A stretch of 63,028 bases of DNA, filler included, from Diploschistes diacapsis (taxonomy: Eukaryota): assembly GCA_023645945.1 (NCBI GenBank). It is 18 parts of 18 records of this genome, joined end to end, with 100 filler letters (N's around TTAATTAATTAA, not from the genome) between each part and the next. Parts side by side here need not be neighbours in the genome. Positions count along the whole stretch, not along the records: positions 21,965 to 23,241 come from JALAIB010003422.1; positions 23,342 to 24,617 come from JALAIB010003423.1; positions 24,718 to 25,993 come from JALAIB010003424.1; positions 26,094 to 27,368 come from JALAIB010003425.1; positions 27,469 to 28,742 come from JALAIB010003426.1; positions 28,843 to 30,116 come from JALAIB010003427.1; positions 30,217 to 31,490 come from JALAIB010003428.1; positions 31,591 to 32,863 come from JALAIB010003429.1; 10 more parts are not named here. The stretch is one strand, 5' to 3'. Below the pieces are notes generated by a model that was not told the DNA's origin, made no database searches, and worked only from the letters and a program-made list of their open reading frames with translations. Shown piece after piece: positions 21,865 to 33,109 of this stretch (within the stretch, counting starts at the first letter, position 1; each line of letters opens with the position of its first letter). A program made the translations under genes and the position numbers.

Positions 21865-21964
21865 NNNNNNNNNNNNNNNNNNNNNNNNNNNNNNNNNNNN
21901 NNNNNNNNTTAATTAATTAANNNNNNNNNNNNNNNNNNNNNNNNNNNNNNNNNNNNNNNNNNNN

Positions 21965-22367
21965 ACGCTAGCAGGTCGTTTAGGGATAATCAGATGCCCT
22001 CTTCTTTTCTTTTTTTATATTTTTATAAATAATGTCTTTCTGTCATGTCTGGAGCTTTTAGATTGTAACTTTCTCCTTATTTTTCGTAAGATGTAGAAGG
22101 GTTCTTAGATAAGTTTTCAGATTGGCCCTTATTATAAATACAAGACGCGTTGTTTAAAGAGACTTCCCTTGCTATAATAGGTAGATAGTCGTAGATAATG
22201 TAATAAAGAAATGTAGTGTGATTTCGTAATCAATATCATATCTAGATAGGACATTTGTGAGGTGTAGGATGTATTGCTTGTCTAGAGCTACCTAGCAGGC
22301 CTCCTTAAATGGAGCTGCCCTGTGGGGACCACCCCCACCAAGTCTGCGGCCTACTTTTATGTTTACA
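21965..22367 (-). mobile_element. LTR family D (TGTAAACA...) with adjacent internal sequence
   Basis: Matches 29730-30116 (+), ~55290-55533, 57645-58449 and 60387-61055 (-), and 62696-62932 (+). The differences inspected are mostly C/T and G/A transitions. Confidence 0.75.
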
Positions 22368-22639
22368 ATACACGTCATTAATAATCCGATTACGCATATA
22401 ACACCTGTTAACGCAACGTCAACAACGTCTAACACACAGGATTCTTAAGCAGTAAACGACATAAACGATATTTTAATAATTATGACTATTCAGGGCATTA
22501 AGGAACTATATAATACGAATTTCGTTATTAATAAGCGATAACGGGATATCGAGTATTTCTTATTAATTAAAGCATTGAGAAGCTATATGGCGTTTATAGT
22601 CAATGAATAAGAGATAACGAGCGACGTCGGTTCAAGATT

Positions 22640-23025
22640 AACGCGTATTAATATTTTAAAGAATTATAAAGAGGTCGTGAATTATTTAATCTTCGGACAA
22701 GAATAGGAAGTAATAGTAAGAAAGAAAGAAATCGATTCTCTATTATTGAATTAGATTTAGATTAAGTTACCTAAACCATCTAAACCCATTAATATTATAA
22801 GCTTAAAATAGGTTTTCGATATTAAGTATAATCTTAATAGCGACATTAAAAGGTGTAAGGCTAGGTTAATCGTAAGAAGATTTTCGTAGAAACAAGGTAT
22901 CGATTTCGATAAGACATTTATTCTTATTATTCGAACCGATTCGTTACGGATCTTATTAACGGTTATAGTAACTAAAGATCTAGAATGTTATTAAATGAAC
23001 GTCAATAACGCATTTATCGAAGTAT
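22640..23025 (+). pseudogene. Ty1/copia reverse transcriptase remnant (RIP-inactivated)
   Basis: Reads LK*VFDIKY...KRCKARLIVRRFS*KQGIDFDKTF...RTDSLRILL...MNVNNAF, matching the copia KWVF/KARLVARGF.Q..GIDF motifs with stops. Confidence 0.85.
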
Positions 23026-23341
23026 TATCATCACGAAAAGTTTTTGAAGCAAAAAAAAATTTCTGGCGAAACTGGCAAAACCGGCGAAGATAGCGAGGCC
23101 AATCATTTTTAGTACGTAATCAGAAAATAAAAAAGGATTTTTTAATATTTTAAAAAAAAAATTTCTAAAAATTTTTTCAAAAATCCGCTAATTTAGCGCC
23201 GGATAACTAGCGTTAAAAACTCGCTAAAGCTCTCACGCTACNNNNNNNNNNNNNNNNNNNNNNNNNNNNNNNNNNNNNNNNNNNNTTAATTAATTAANNN
23301 NNNNNNNNNNNNNNNNNNNNNNNNNNNNNNNNNNNNNNNNN

Positions 23342-24267
23342 AAAACCGATTTCTTAATAACGTTCAGTATATCTAATTAATTTAATATCGGGTAGATATC
23401 TTTTTTAAATATTCGGTTTAAGGTTTTAATATCGATAATAACACGATCTTTTTTAATATTATTAATTATTTTTTATATCATAAATATAGGAAAGCTGAAC
23501 GACGTAGATTCTTTAATTTATTTTATTCGATTTTTATCTTATAATTTATCGAAGGTTTCGTTAATTACGGCCTTATCCCGATTATTAATAGGGTATATTT
23601 TTGTTATACCGGCGCTATATTTCTCTCGTTAGTCGTTAATTAATAAGATTTCTAGTCGTTTTGGTATATTGACATTACCGGTGTTAATAAATAGGTTAAG
23701 ATAGCTATCGATTAGCCCTTATAATTCTATCATTTTATACTCGTGTCCGTACGTCGTAATTCCGTTATTTAATCTAGTTTCGAGCTTCTTCGGGTCTGCT
23801 AAGATGGCTTTAGGTTCGTGTTATATGAGAAAACATCTCGCTAGGTCCCCGAAACTAGCATCGACGTTATAGATACCGCTGTCGTCGTAATTAATAATTA
23901 AATCTAATTAAGCATGATTCGGTAGGATATATATAACATTTATATCGTTTCGTACTAGTACCGTGTTAATACTATAGTCGACCACGTGTACGTATATCGA
24001 AAAATGTCGCTATCGTTTAAGTTAAAATAGAAAATCTCGATCCTATAATAACGCTAAAAGTACACCCTTTAGACCAATAATAGACATTAATATAACCGTT
24101 TTGGGAAATATCGTTAAAATATCTTCGACGAATATCGTAATTGTAATCTTTTTTATCGTTATAATCGAGATAGAGACTTTAATATTAATATAGTTTCTAA
24201 TAATAACAATATGTTTTTAAAAGTCTATTAAAAACCGTTCTGGATTTAATATATCGATCTTTATAAA
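23342..24267 (-). pseudogene. Ty3/gypsy pol remnant (protease to RT N-terminus)
   Basis: Minus strand reads YPINNRDKAVINETFDKL...STSFSFPIF...RVIIDIKTLN...DIYPI, matching the RT motifs R.V.D...LN and D.YP. Confidence 0.7.
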
Positions 24268-24269
24268 TA

Positions 24270-24617
24270 ACGTGTTTGACGGTGAGTCCGGCCACCCCCA
24301 GAGTCCGGTTATCTCAAATCATTACCGCCAACATTCTACGGTTTTTAGATATAACCTATTCGTCGCAATTAGAATCTAATCGATCTAAATAGAATCTATT
24401 TTTTTCCTTTTTATCCTTCTCGATTTTAGAAATGCGACGACGTTTTTTACGCGTTATAGATCGTTTCGAAACTGTTCGACTCGATTTAACCCGAACTTTT
24501 ATTTTAAAAACTTCGTTTATGTTAAACATAAAACGACCTTTTAATTCGATTCGTTTGCTTAATTTACGTTTTTTATAATTATTAAGAAACGTTTTTTGCT
24601 TTCGGTTTTCTTTACGA
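24270..24617 (-). mobile_element. Family A transposon end (variant TIR) inserted at TA next to the gypsy remnant
   Basis: TA|ACGTGTTTGACGGTGAGTCCGGCCACCCCCAGAGTCCGG... Confidence 0.8.
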
Positions 24618-24717
24618 NNNNNNNNNNNNNNNNNNNNNNNNNNNNNNNNNNNNNNNNNNNNTTAATTAATTAANNNNNNNNNNNNNNNNNNNNNNNNNNN
24701 NNNNNNNNNNNNNNNNN

Positions 24718-25086
24718 ATATTAAGTTTATAACGTTTCGTAAAGAAAACCGAAAATAAAAAACGCTTCTTAATAATCGTAAAAAACGTAAATTAAATAAA
24801 TGAATCGAATTAAAAGATCGTTTTATATTTAATATAAACGAAGTTCTTAAAATAATAATTCGGGTTAAATCGAATCGGATAGTTTTAAAACGATTTATAA
24901 CGCGTAAAAAACGTCGTCGTACTTTTGAAATCGAGAAAGATAAAGAAGAAGAAAATAGATTCGATTTCAATCGATTAGATTCTAATTGCGACGAATAAGT
25001 TATATTTAAAAACCGTAAAATGTTAGCGGTAGTAATTTAAAGTGGCCGGACTCTAAGGGTAGCCGGACTCACCGTCAAACACGTTA
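24718..25086 (+). mobile_element. Family A transposon end (variant TIR)
   Basis: Colinear with 1-369 and ends CCGTCAAACACGT|TA. Confidence 0.8.
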
Positions 25087-26384
25087 TAATAGGTTATAAA
25101 ATAACAATAATAAACCGTATATACCTTCCTCCTCAGGCGTTCTTATTCTATAAGAACCGTTGCTCTTCGATCGTCTTTTCTTTTAGTACTTAGCGTCGTT
25201 CGTTAAATTTCGGATCTAAAAGGTTTTTCCGTTCAGGTGCATCTTTCTGTTATTTAGCAGGGCGTTCCCTAATTACCGTATTAATTTTATATATATCTTA
25301 ATAATTGGCCTCGTATGACTAAACAGAAAAACGTTTTATTATTTTTTCGTCACTTTCCTCTTTCTCGAAATCTTTAGGCCTAAATCCAGCATTAATCACA
25401 CTATACGCTAATATTTAGTATAAAGATCTAGTCTAAACCTGTTATAAAGGACGAATATTCGAAGGAATTTTATTCCTATAAATCTTTTCCCAATTATTAA
25501 GATATATATAAGATTAATACGGTAATTAAAAGACGCCCTACTAAACAGCAGAAAGATGGATTTAAACGGAAAAACCTTTTAGATCCGAAATTTAACGAAC
25601 GACGCCGGGTATTAAAAGAAAAAACGATCGAAAAGCAACGGCTCCCACAGAATAAAAACGTACAAGGAGGAAGGTATATACGGCCTATTACTATCATTCT
25701 ATAACCTGTAATATCTGATAATACGAAAAAACGAGAACCGGACATATAAGAAACCATTATAAAAGATATCGCCGAGGAACCTAAAGAGATAAGTCGGGAA
25801 ATATAAGTAATTCTATCCAGCGGAAATGCACCGGGAAAAATTTTAATAAATCGTCCTCGTGTTCCCGCCGTCCGAAAGCTAAGGATCTCCGGAAAAGCAA
25901 TAATTGATTTATTAAAAAAATAGGTTCTTAAGATTGTTAAAAGAACGGAAATTAAAATTATTTCAAAAAAAGCTTTTTTAATAAGAATTATACNNNNNNN
26001 NNNNNNNNNNNNNNNNNNNNNNNNNNNNNNNNNNNNNTTAATTAATTAANNNNNNNNNNNNNNNNNNNNNNNNNNNNNNNNNNNNNNNNNNNNATAATAC
26101 CCGGAAATAATAATTTACGTTAATAAAAACTATAAACGGAAACGAATTTTTAAAATAAAGCGATATCGATCATTACGACGATTATATTCTTTTATAGAAT
26201 CTAAAAACGTATTTAATTAAAAACGACGCTGAAAGAAATTTAAAAAAACGGAAACATTTATTATAAAAGAATAACGAATATTCTTTTAAATAAATTAAAA
26301 AAAGAAGTAAAGATCGAAGTAGAGATTAATTGAAAAAAGAATATCGCGCTTATAAGAGACATAAATATTTAAAGAAAGGGGTAA

Positions 26385-26702
26385 TGAGACAGCCCAGCCT
26401 AAGGGTTTGTTAAGCCACGACAGGGTTAATGCTTAGGTGTTTGCTAAGCCACGGCAGGGTTAATGCCCAGGTGCTTGCTAAGATACGGCAGGGTTAGAAA
26501 ATAATTGTATAAATGGGTAGTCCCCGAACCCCGGTAGGCTGGCACCCACATTACTTAACGGTGCTTTTTTCTCACTTAGATAGTTTCTTCTTCAGCTTTT
26601 CGAATCGAGACCTTTTACCTACAGATGTCTAGCTACATCTAATCCTTCCGGATCAGGCCAAGCCCCCGGTAGAGTAGCATCCTTTCCTGCGCTGGCGTTT
26701 CA
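26385..26702 (+). mobile_element. 3' LTR of a Ty3/gypsy element, family E
   Basis: TGAGAC...GTTTCA termini. Preceded by the polypurine tract AAAGAAAGGGGTAA. Contains three 34-bp tandem repeats and TATAAAT. Confidence 0.8.
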
Positions 26703-26719
26703 AATTGATTTCTATTAAT

Positions 26720-27368
26720 AACATTTTTCTCGAATAACAAGCTATCAACCGCCATTTATTATTATTATTTAGTTAAAATAAGTAAGTTGCTATAACGAGT
26801 TTTAAAGCATTGGTTTCGATTCGTATTAATTTATTTAGATTATAGAACCTTAGGATAGGCGCGTTAATTATCAGGTCCTTAAGTTTACGAAAGGCCTGTT
26901 CCTAGTTTTGTATTTATTCGTAAGGTAAATCTTTTCTAATAAGTTTTATTAATAGTTTTATTATTTTCAAATAGTTTCTAATAAATTATCGATTATAATT
27001 AACGAATCTTAGAAAAGACTGAACGTCTTTTACGTTCTTTAGGGTTAATTATTCAAGAATTAATTATATTTTCTTTAAGTCGATTTTAACGTCTTCTCGT
27101 TTTACGGTATGTTCTAGAAAGTCGATTTCTATTTTATAGAATGCGTATTTCTTTGATTTCAAACGAAGTTCATATTTATCGAATCGTTAAAGTATTTCTT
27201 TAATCTTTTATTAATAATTTTCGAATGTACCGCTGAAATAGATTAAAATATCGTTTAGATATAAAATAACGTACTCGTTTAAAATATCGCGTAATATATC
27301 GTTTATAAGCTCCTGTTCGGTAACTAATGCGTTAATAAATTTAAAAGGTATTATTAGATATTCGAATA
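26720..27368 (-). pseudogene. Ty3/gypsy reverse transcriptase remnant
   Basis: Minus strand reads FEYLIIPFKFINA...LINDILRDIL...YLNDILIY, a RIP-mutated FEY.VMPFGLTNAP / YLDDILIY. Confidence 0.85.
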
Positions 27369-27468
27369 NNNNNNNNNNNNNNNNNNNNNNNNNNNNNNNN
27401 NNNNNNNNNNNNTTAATTAATTAANNNNNNNNNNNNNNNNNNNNNNNNNNNNNNNNNNNNNNNNNNNN

Positions 27469-27806
27469 TAGTAATACGGTAATAAATGTTATTATTAAAA
27501 GTAAAATTACTCTTATTAAATGGATTAGTGATACTAGCGTTTCATTATATATAACTGATTAGTTGCATCTGTTTAGAAAATTGACTCCTATTTAAAGACG
27601 ACGAATTAAAATCGGGAAAGGAATATTTTATTTAAATTACGCTGGGAAGGTTAGGGTAGAATATGGTAATAATATTTTATATTTGGGATATATTATGTAT
27701 GTTTTAGGGTTAAAAGCGAACCTTATATCGGGGTAAAAGTTATATAAAGCAAGCTTACGGGGAAGTTTTAATTAAGATGGCTTATATTTATATAATGGCG
27801 AAGGAC
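27469..27806 (+). pseudogene. Ty1/copia pol protease-region remnant
   Basis: Reads KWISDTSVSLYITD*LHLF, resembling the copia protease motif W..D(S/T)GAS.HMT. Confidence 0.55.
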
Positions 27807-28742
27807 TGAGACAGCCCAGCCCAGGGACCTGCCAAGCCACGGCAGGGTTAGTGCCCAGGGGCTTGCCAAGACACGGCAGGGTCAATGCCCAAGTGCTTGC
27901 CAAGATACAGCAGGATCAATGTCCAAATGCTTGCCAAGACACGGCAGGGTCAGGAAATGGCTGTATAAATAAGTAATCCCCGAATCCCAATAAATCTAAC
28001 ACCCACATTACTTAACGGTACCTTCCTTCTATTTAAATGATTTCTTTTTCAGCTTTTCGAATCGAAATCTTTTACTTATAAATACCTAAACTACACCTAA
28101 TCCTTCCGGATCAGACCCAGCTCCCGATAAAATAACATCCTTTCCTACGCTAGCGTTTCATATTCGAAAAGCTTATTTTACCTTCGCACTCGTGACGAGA
28201 ATTTAAAACGTTAACCGAACTAAATATTCAAATAAGTCCACGACAACCGGAACTCGAAAGTACTACCCGTCGACCCATTATAAACAATAACCCCCGCTGA
28301 TAAAAAAAATTAAAAGAAAAAAAAAATCGATAATACTTCTGTCTTTTAAAAAATCAATCGAGATACCATCGATTAAAAAATACGATTCAATAAATAAATT
28401 ATTAGTTAAAAAACAATCCGTAAAATATCCCGCGTTACAATAATTATCAACACCAAAGACCTTCGAAAGATTTAATACCAACGAAAAACCAATACGAAAA
28501 GGATCTTAAAAAGACCCCCGCGACGAATCTAAGCGACGAATATCTTCGTTCAAAAACCCGATAAAAAAATTAATTAATTAAAATAACGTTATCGAAAACA
28601 TAATAGACCTATAATTATAAAAATAAATAAAAGAAATTTATTAACGAACTAAAAATAAATTAACGAAATTAATAAAATTAATATATATTTACGTAACAAC
28701 CGTCGAAAAAACGAATCAATAAAACGATCGAAAGATTTAACG
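27807..28742 (+). mobile_element. 5' LTR (27807-28160) and leader of family E gypsy element
   Basis: Same LTR as 26385-26702 but with four 34-bp repeats. Immediately followed by TATTCGAAAAGCT in the PBS position. Confidence 0.8.
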
Positions 28743-28952
28743 NNNNNNNNNNNNNNNNNNNNNNNNNNNNNNNNNNNNNNNNNNNNTTAATTAATTAANN
28801 NNNNNNNNNNNNNNNNNNNNNNNNNNNNNNNNNNNNNNNNNNATTAATACGGTTATTAATAAATTATACGTATTTTTAAATTTTTACTTAAATCGAATCG
28901 ACCCGAAACGCGACGTTTATTAATTATAAATAATTATAATGATTATATTATC

Positions 28953-29729
28953 TGTTGAGCAGGCAGGCAGAATGCATGGCTGGGAAGTTCAGCTGAACCT
29001 CAGGTTCAGGTTCAGTTCAGCTGAACCTACTGGGGTTCCTATTAATCCTAATCGGGAGTAATACAAGTCTATAGGACTTAATGGATCCTATTAGTATAAG
29101 AATTTATATATAAATTCTTCTTTTTAATTAGAACTCTAGATATTTAAACTTTAATACATGCGTTATTTAAAAGATTATAAACCCGGGTTAATTTATTATC
29201 CCGTCGCGTTTATATATTAAAAGTAATATTTCCGGATAAATGTTACCGTTACGACTGCGGGATCCAATTACGTTACCTATTATAAATTAAATTAAAGAAA
29301 TCTTAAAAGCCTAAGATCTGGATTATAGCACCTTAAGATAATCAGATCCAAAATAGAAGTTAAATTACTTATCAATAAAACGCGGGCACCGACTACGCTG
29401 CTCTAAGAGAACTAAATTGGCTGAATTAAGTCAAAATTTAGGACCTAAGTTTAGGTTTATTTAATTGACATTCGAAAACCTTTCTCCTCGATAATTATTG
29501 AAATCCAGCAGAATTCTATTATTATATTCATTCGATTATTCTGGATAAGCATTAAAGTTTAGTTAAATTTACTGAATTTACTCGATTACCTTCATTTCTT
29601 TAGTAGAAAATTCACATCTTTTTATTCCATTTATTAACGATTTATCAATTACGATTCATTTATTATACCAATCTTCTTTATTTACGAAAATTGTAATCAT
29701 GAAAGATATCATAAGTAAGAAAAGAATAG
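28953..29729 (+). mobile_element. LTR family C (TGTTGAG..., copia-like), interrupted by a family D LTR
   Basis: Colinear with 59327-~60090 and shares its start with 57434-57544. Contains GTTCAGCTGAAC palindromes. Confidence 0.72.
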
Positions 29730-30116
29730 TGTAAACATAAAAGTAGGCTGTGGACTTGGTGGGGGGCGAGTCCCTCAGAGCAGCTCCACATAAGGAGGTC
29801 TGCTAAGTAGCTCTAGACAAGGAATGCATCCTACACCTCATAAATGTCCTACCTAGATATACTGTTAACTACGAGATCACATTACATTCCCTTATTACAC
29901 CACCTGCGACTACCTACCTACTATAGTAAGAGAAGTCTCCCTAAACAGCGCGCCTTATATTTATAATAGGGGCCAACCTGAAAACTTGTCTAAGGACCCT
30001 TCCACATCTTACGAAAAATAAGAAGAAGATTACGATCTAAAAATTCCAAACATGATAAAAAGACATTGTTTACAAAAATATATAGAAAGAAAGGAAAAGG
30101 ACATCTAATTATCCCT
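29730..30116 (+). mobile_element. LTR family D copy
   Basis: Starts TGTAAACATAAAAGTAGGC and is the reverse complement of 21965-22367. Confidence 0.75.
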
Positions 30117-30369
30117 NNNNNNNNNNNNNNNNNNNNNNNNNNNNNNNNNNNNNNNNNNNNTTAATTAATTAANNNNNNNNNNNNNNNNNNNNNNNNNNNN
30201 NNNNNNNNNNNNNNNNTCCTTTTACTTCCATTTTCCAATCTTTTTTTAACCTCGAATCGAATTGAATCGATTTATTTTTATTTTTATTATATAATTCTTT
30301 ATTAAATATTATCGAACTTCGAAAAATAAATAAAAAGTTTAATGAGACGTAACGAGCTTTTTTAAAATA

Positions 30370-30601
30370 ATAGTTCGAGATAAATCGAGTCGGATAGTTT
30401 TAAAACGTTTTATAACGCGTAAAAAACGTCGTCGCGTTTTTAAAATCGAGAGGGATAAAAAAGAAGAGAATAGATTCGATTCAGATCGATTAGATTCTAA
30501 TTACGACGAATAAGTTATATTTTAAAACCGTAGAATGTTAGTGGTAGTGATTTGAGGTGGCCGGAATCTGGAGGTGGCCGGAATCCCCGTCAAATACGTT
30601 A
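30370..30601 (+). mobile_element. Family A transposon end
   Basis: Colinear with ~140-369 and ends ACGT|TA. Confidence 0.78.
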
Positions 30602-30694
30602 TACAAGTTATTCAATTCCAATAACGTCGAATCGGGCTAATTAGTTTTAAAACGATTCGTAATGTTTAATTAAATTTTTTATTAGTCTTTCGCA

Positions 30695-31344
30695 TAGGCT
30701 GGCCGTCACTGACACTGACAGTGTCAGTATCCGTGTTTTAGATTTTTTAGCTGCGGTGTCCGTGTCCGTGGATTCACGGAAGTGCAGTGTCCGTGTTAGT
30801 ATTAATATTTTAAATTTTTTAATTATAGTGTCCGTGTTCGTGGATTCACGGAAATATAATGTCCGTATTAATGTCCGTGTTTAAAAAATTTAGTTACGAT
30901 GTCCGTGTCCGTGTATTCATTATAATATAATGTCCGTGTCCGTGTCCGTGTTTTAAAAAAACTTTTTTAAATATAAAAGCGTGAGAAATAAACGTAATAA
31001 TTTTAAAAATATTAAAAAAAAATGTTTTCGTTTTTTTACTGTAATGTAGTGTCCGTGTTAATGGATTTACGGAAATATAATGTCCGTGTTAGTATCCGTG
31101 TTTTAAATTTTTTAATTGCGGTGTCCGTGTTCGTGAATTTACGGAAATATAGTATCCGTATTAGTATTAATGTTTTAAAAAATTTTAATTATATGTCCGT
31201 GTCCGTAGATTTACGGAAGTGTAGTATCCGTGTTAGTATTAATGTTTTAAAATTTTAACTGTCGTGTCCGTGTCAGTGTCCGTGTTTTGAAGATTTTTGC
31301 TGCAGTGTCCGTGTTAGTGACCGTGGCACGAAACGGCCAGCCTA
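30695..31344 (+). mobile_element. Complete 650-bp non-autonomous hAT-type element (MITE), family B
   Basis: Perfect 12-bp TIR TAGGCTGGCCGT...ACGGCCAGCCTA. Perfect 8-bp TSD CTTTCGCA (30687-30694 and 31345-31352). Interior packed with GTGTCCGT motifs and has no ORF. Confidence 0.92.
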
Positions 31345-31590
31345 CTTTCGCAGTTCGGTCGTATTTAATAAAGAATTATATAATAAGGATAAATTTAAAT
31401 TGAGTCGGTTCGTGATTAATAAAGAATTAAAAGATAAAAATAAAAAAGTTCGATACGTCGAAACGAATTTACTAAACACGGTTATAAAATNNNNNNNNNN
31501 NNNNNNNNNNNNNNNNNNNNNNNNNNNNNNNNNNTTAATTAATTAANNNNNNNNNNNNNNNNNNNNNNNNNNNNNNNNNNNNNNNNNNNN

Positions 31591-31827
31591 AGAGTAAGAA
31601 GGGCAAAATCCCCCTTCAAGTACCCGCAAGCCAAGACCCTGAGTGCCGCTTGTCCGACTATTGGCATGCTCCTTGCTTGGCCTTACAGCAAGATAGGTTT
31701 ATACTAGAACTAATTACTAAAGAAAAGGAAAGAATAAGAAGGACAAAATCCCCCTTCAAATACCCGCAAGCCAAGACCCTGAGCGCCGCTTGTCCGACTC
31801 TTGGCATGCTCCTCGCTTGGCCTTACA
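31591..31827 (+). repeat. Two direct copies of an LTR-like 3' end (...CTTGGCCTTACA)
   Basis: 31591-31687 and 31731-31827 are near-identical ~97-bp copies ending in CA. Confidence 0.7.
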
Positions 31828-32313
31828 CTATTGACTTCTTTTATTTCTATTATTGTGTTTTTTATTATTGTGTTATTATGCCGTCCATTTCTTCTCGTTA
31901 TGAAAGATATGTTCATCTCGGGCGGAAGAACTATATTTCGATATCTTAAGAGGTTGTAGATAGGATACGCGTTCAGGCGGAGTTTAAATTAGAGTTAGAA
32001 GAGGAGAAAAGACGAAAGCTCTTTTTTTAATTGGTGAAATATAAGGCCCGGATACAGAAGTTACGAAAGATTTTAAAGCTAGCCGAAAAGAAATTTATAA
32101 AGCAAGTTAAGTACCTTATTAATCAAGTAAATAAAAAGGTTGAGGCGGTTAACGATCCGAACAATAATGTGGTATTCATAAATAGCCCGTAGGACCTTTA
32201 ATTGTTAGTGTTTATGTTGTCGTCGCAAATAAACTAGGAGTTAAAAGATGATGCGTTATTAATAGCGTAAGAAGAAACTTTTATTTCGTCGATTCTATGA
32301 GATTTTTATATTA

Positions 32314-32483
32314 TGTAACAGCGGGGGTAGTGCCTAATAGGGTAGCGCTATCCCACTGAGCCAAAAGACTAACACAATGCTTTCAGGAACCCCGAAGCAC
32401 TGTTTCCCTATTACACTATATGTAGGTGCATGGCTGTGGCAGCAGGGGGACCTGAACCCCAGGGCGCACCTTTGGGCGTTACA
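32314..32483 (+). mobile_element. Short solo LTR, family F
   Basis: TGTAAC...GTTACA termini with flanks TATTA/AATTA. The 5' part recurs inverted at ~61200-61331. Confidence 0.65.
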
Positions 32484-32599
32484 AATTATGGCGCGTTCTT
32501 ATATAATTAATTACTTTTTAGCGGAATAGATCAGTAGATAGATAAAATTACCGTTCTTCCGTTCTATTTATAGAAAATAAAATAGCCTTCAAGGCTTTT

Positions 32600-32716
32600 T
32601 ACTCATCACGTGACCAGTATTACCATAATTGGACTATATATAAAGAGTGATTAAGTTAGGCCCGATCAGCTGTGAAGTGCCAAGTGGACTACCACCTAGT
32701 TACTTGGATCGTAACA
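32600..32716 (+). mobile_element. LTR end, family G (...TGGATCGTAACA)
   Basis: Similar ends at ~62540-62591 (+) and ~57064-57130 (-). Confidence 0.55.
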
Positions 32717-32963
32717 CTTAACCCTTCCGACGTTCTATTTTAATAAAAATCTCTCTTATATCTTCATCCCGGCTTTTCAACTATCTTATTTTTACCGCCA
32801 AAAGATCGGCACGGTTATAAATATTATTTTATAATAATATAGTTCACGTAATAACTTCTATTTNNNNNNNNNNNNNNNNNNNNNNNNNNNNNNNNNNNNN
32901 NNNNNNNTTAATTAATTAANNNNNNNNNNNNNNNNNNNNNNNNNNNNNNNNNNNNNNNNNNNN

Positions 32964-33109
32964 GGAGGAGGAGGAGGAGGGAGAGGGCTTGCTTCTGTTC
33001 CGGGTAGTGTGTCGGGGGGAGCGTGCTTCTGCGGAGCTGCTGCTGCGCCTTGCTGCTGCTCCGGTCGAGGGCTTGAAGGAGGCTCGGGATTGGCCCAGAG
33101 CCAGCCCAT
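32964..33109 (-). CDS. 5' fragment of a gene truncated by the contig end (MGWLWANPEPPSS...)
   Basis: ATG at 33109 in an AAAACATGG context. The GC-rich open frame runs into the gap at a poly-Pro (CCT)n repeat. Product not identifiable. Confidence 0.55.

Noticed and set aside
24662..31258. Short I/N/K/F-rich ORFs in the AT-rich contigs
   Set aside because: Compositional by-products of RIP-mutated repeats.
30695..31344. CRISPR-like appearance of the GTGTCCGT repeats and the 34-bp LTR repeats
   Set aside because: No unique spacers, eukaryotic context, and fully explained by TIR/TSD or LTR structure.
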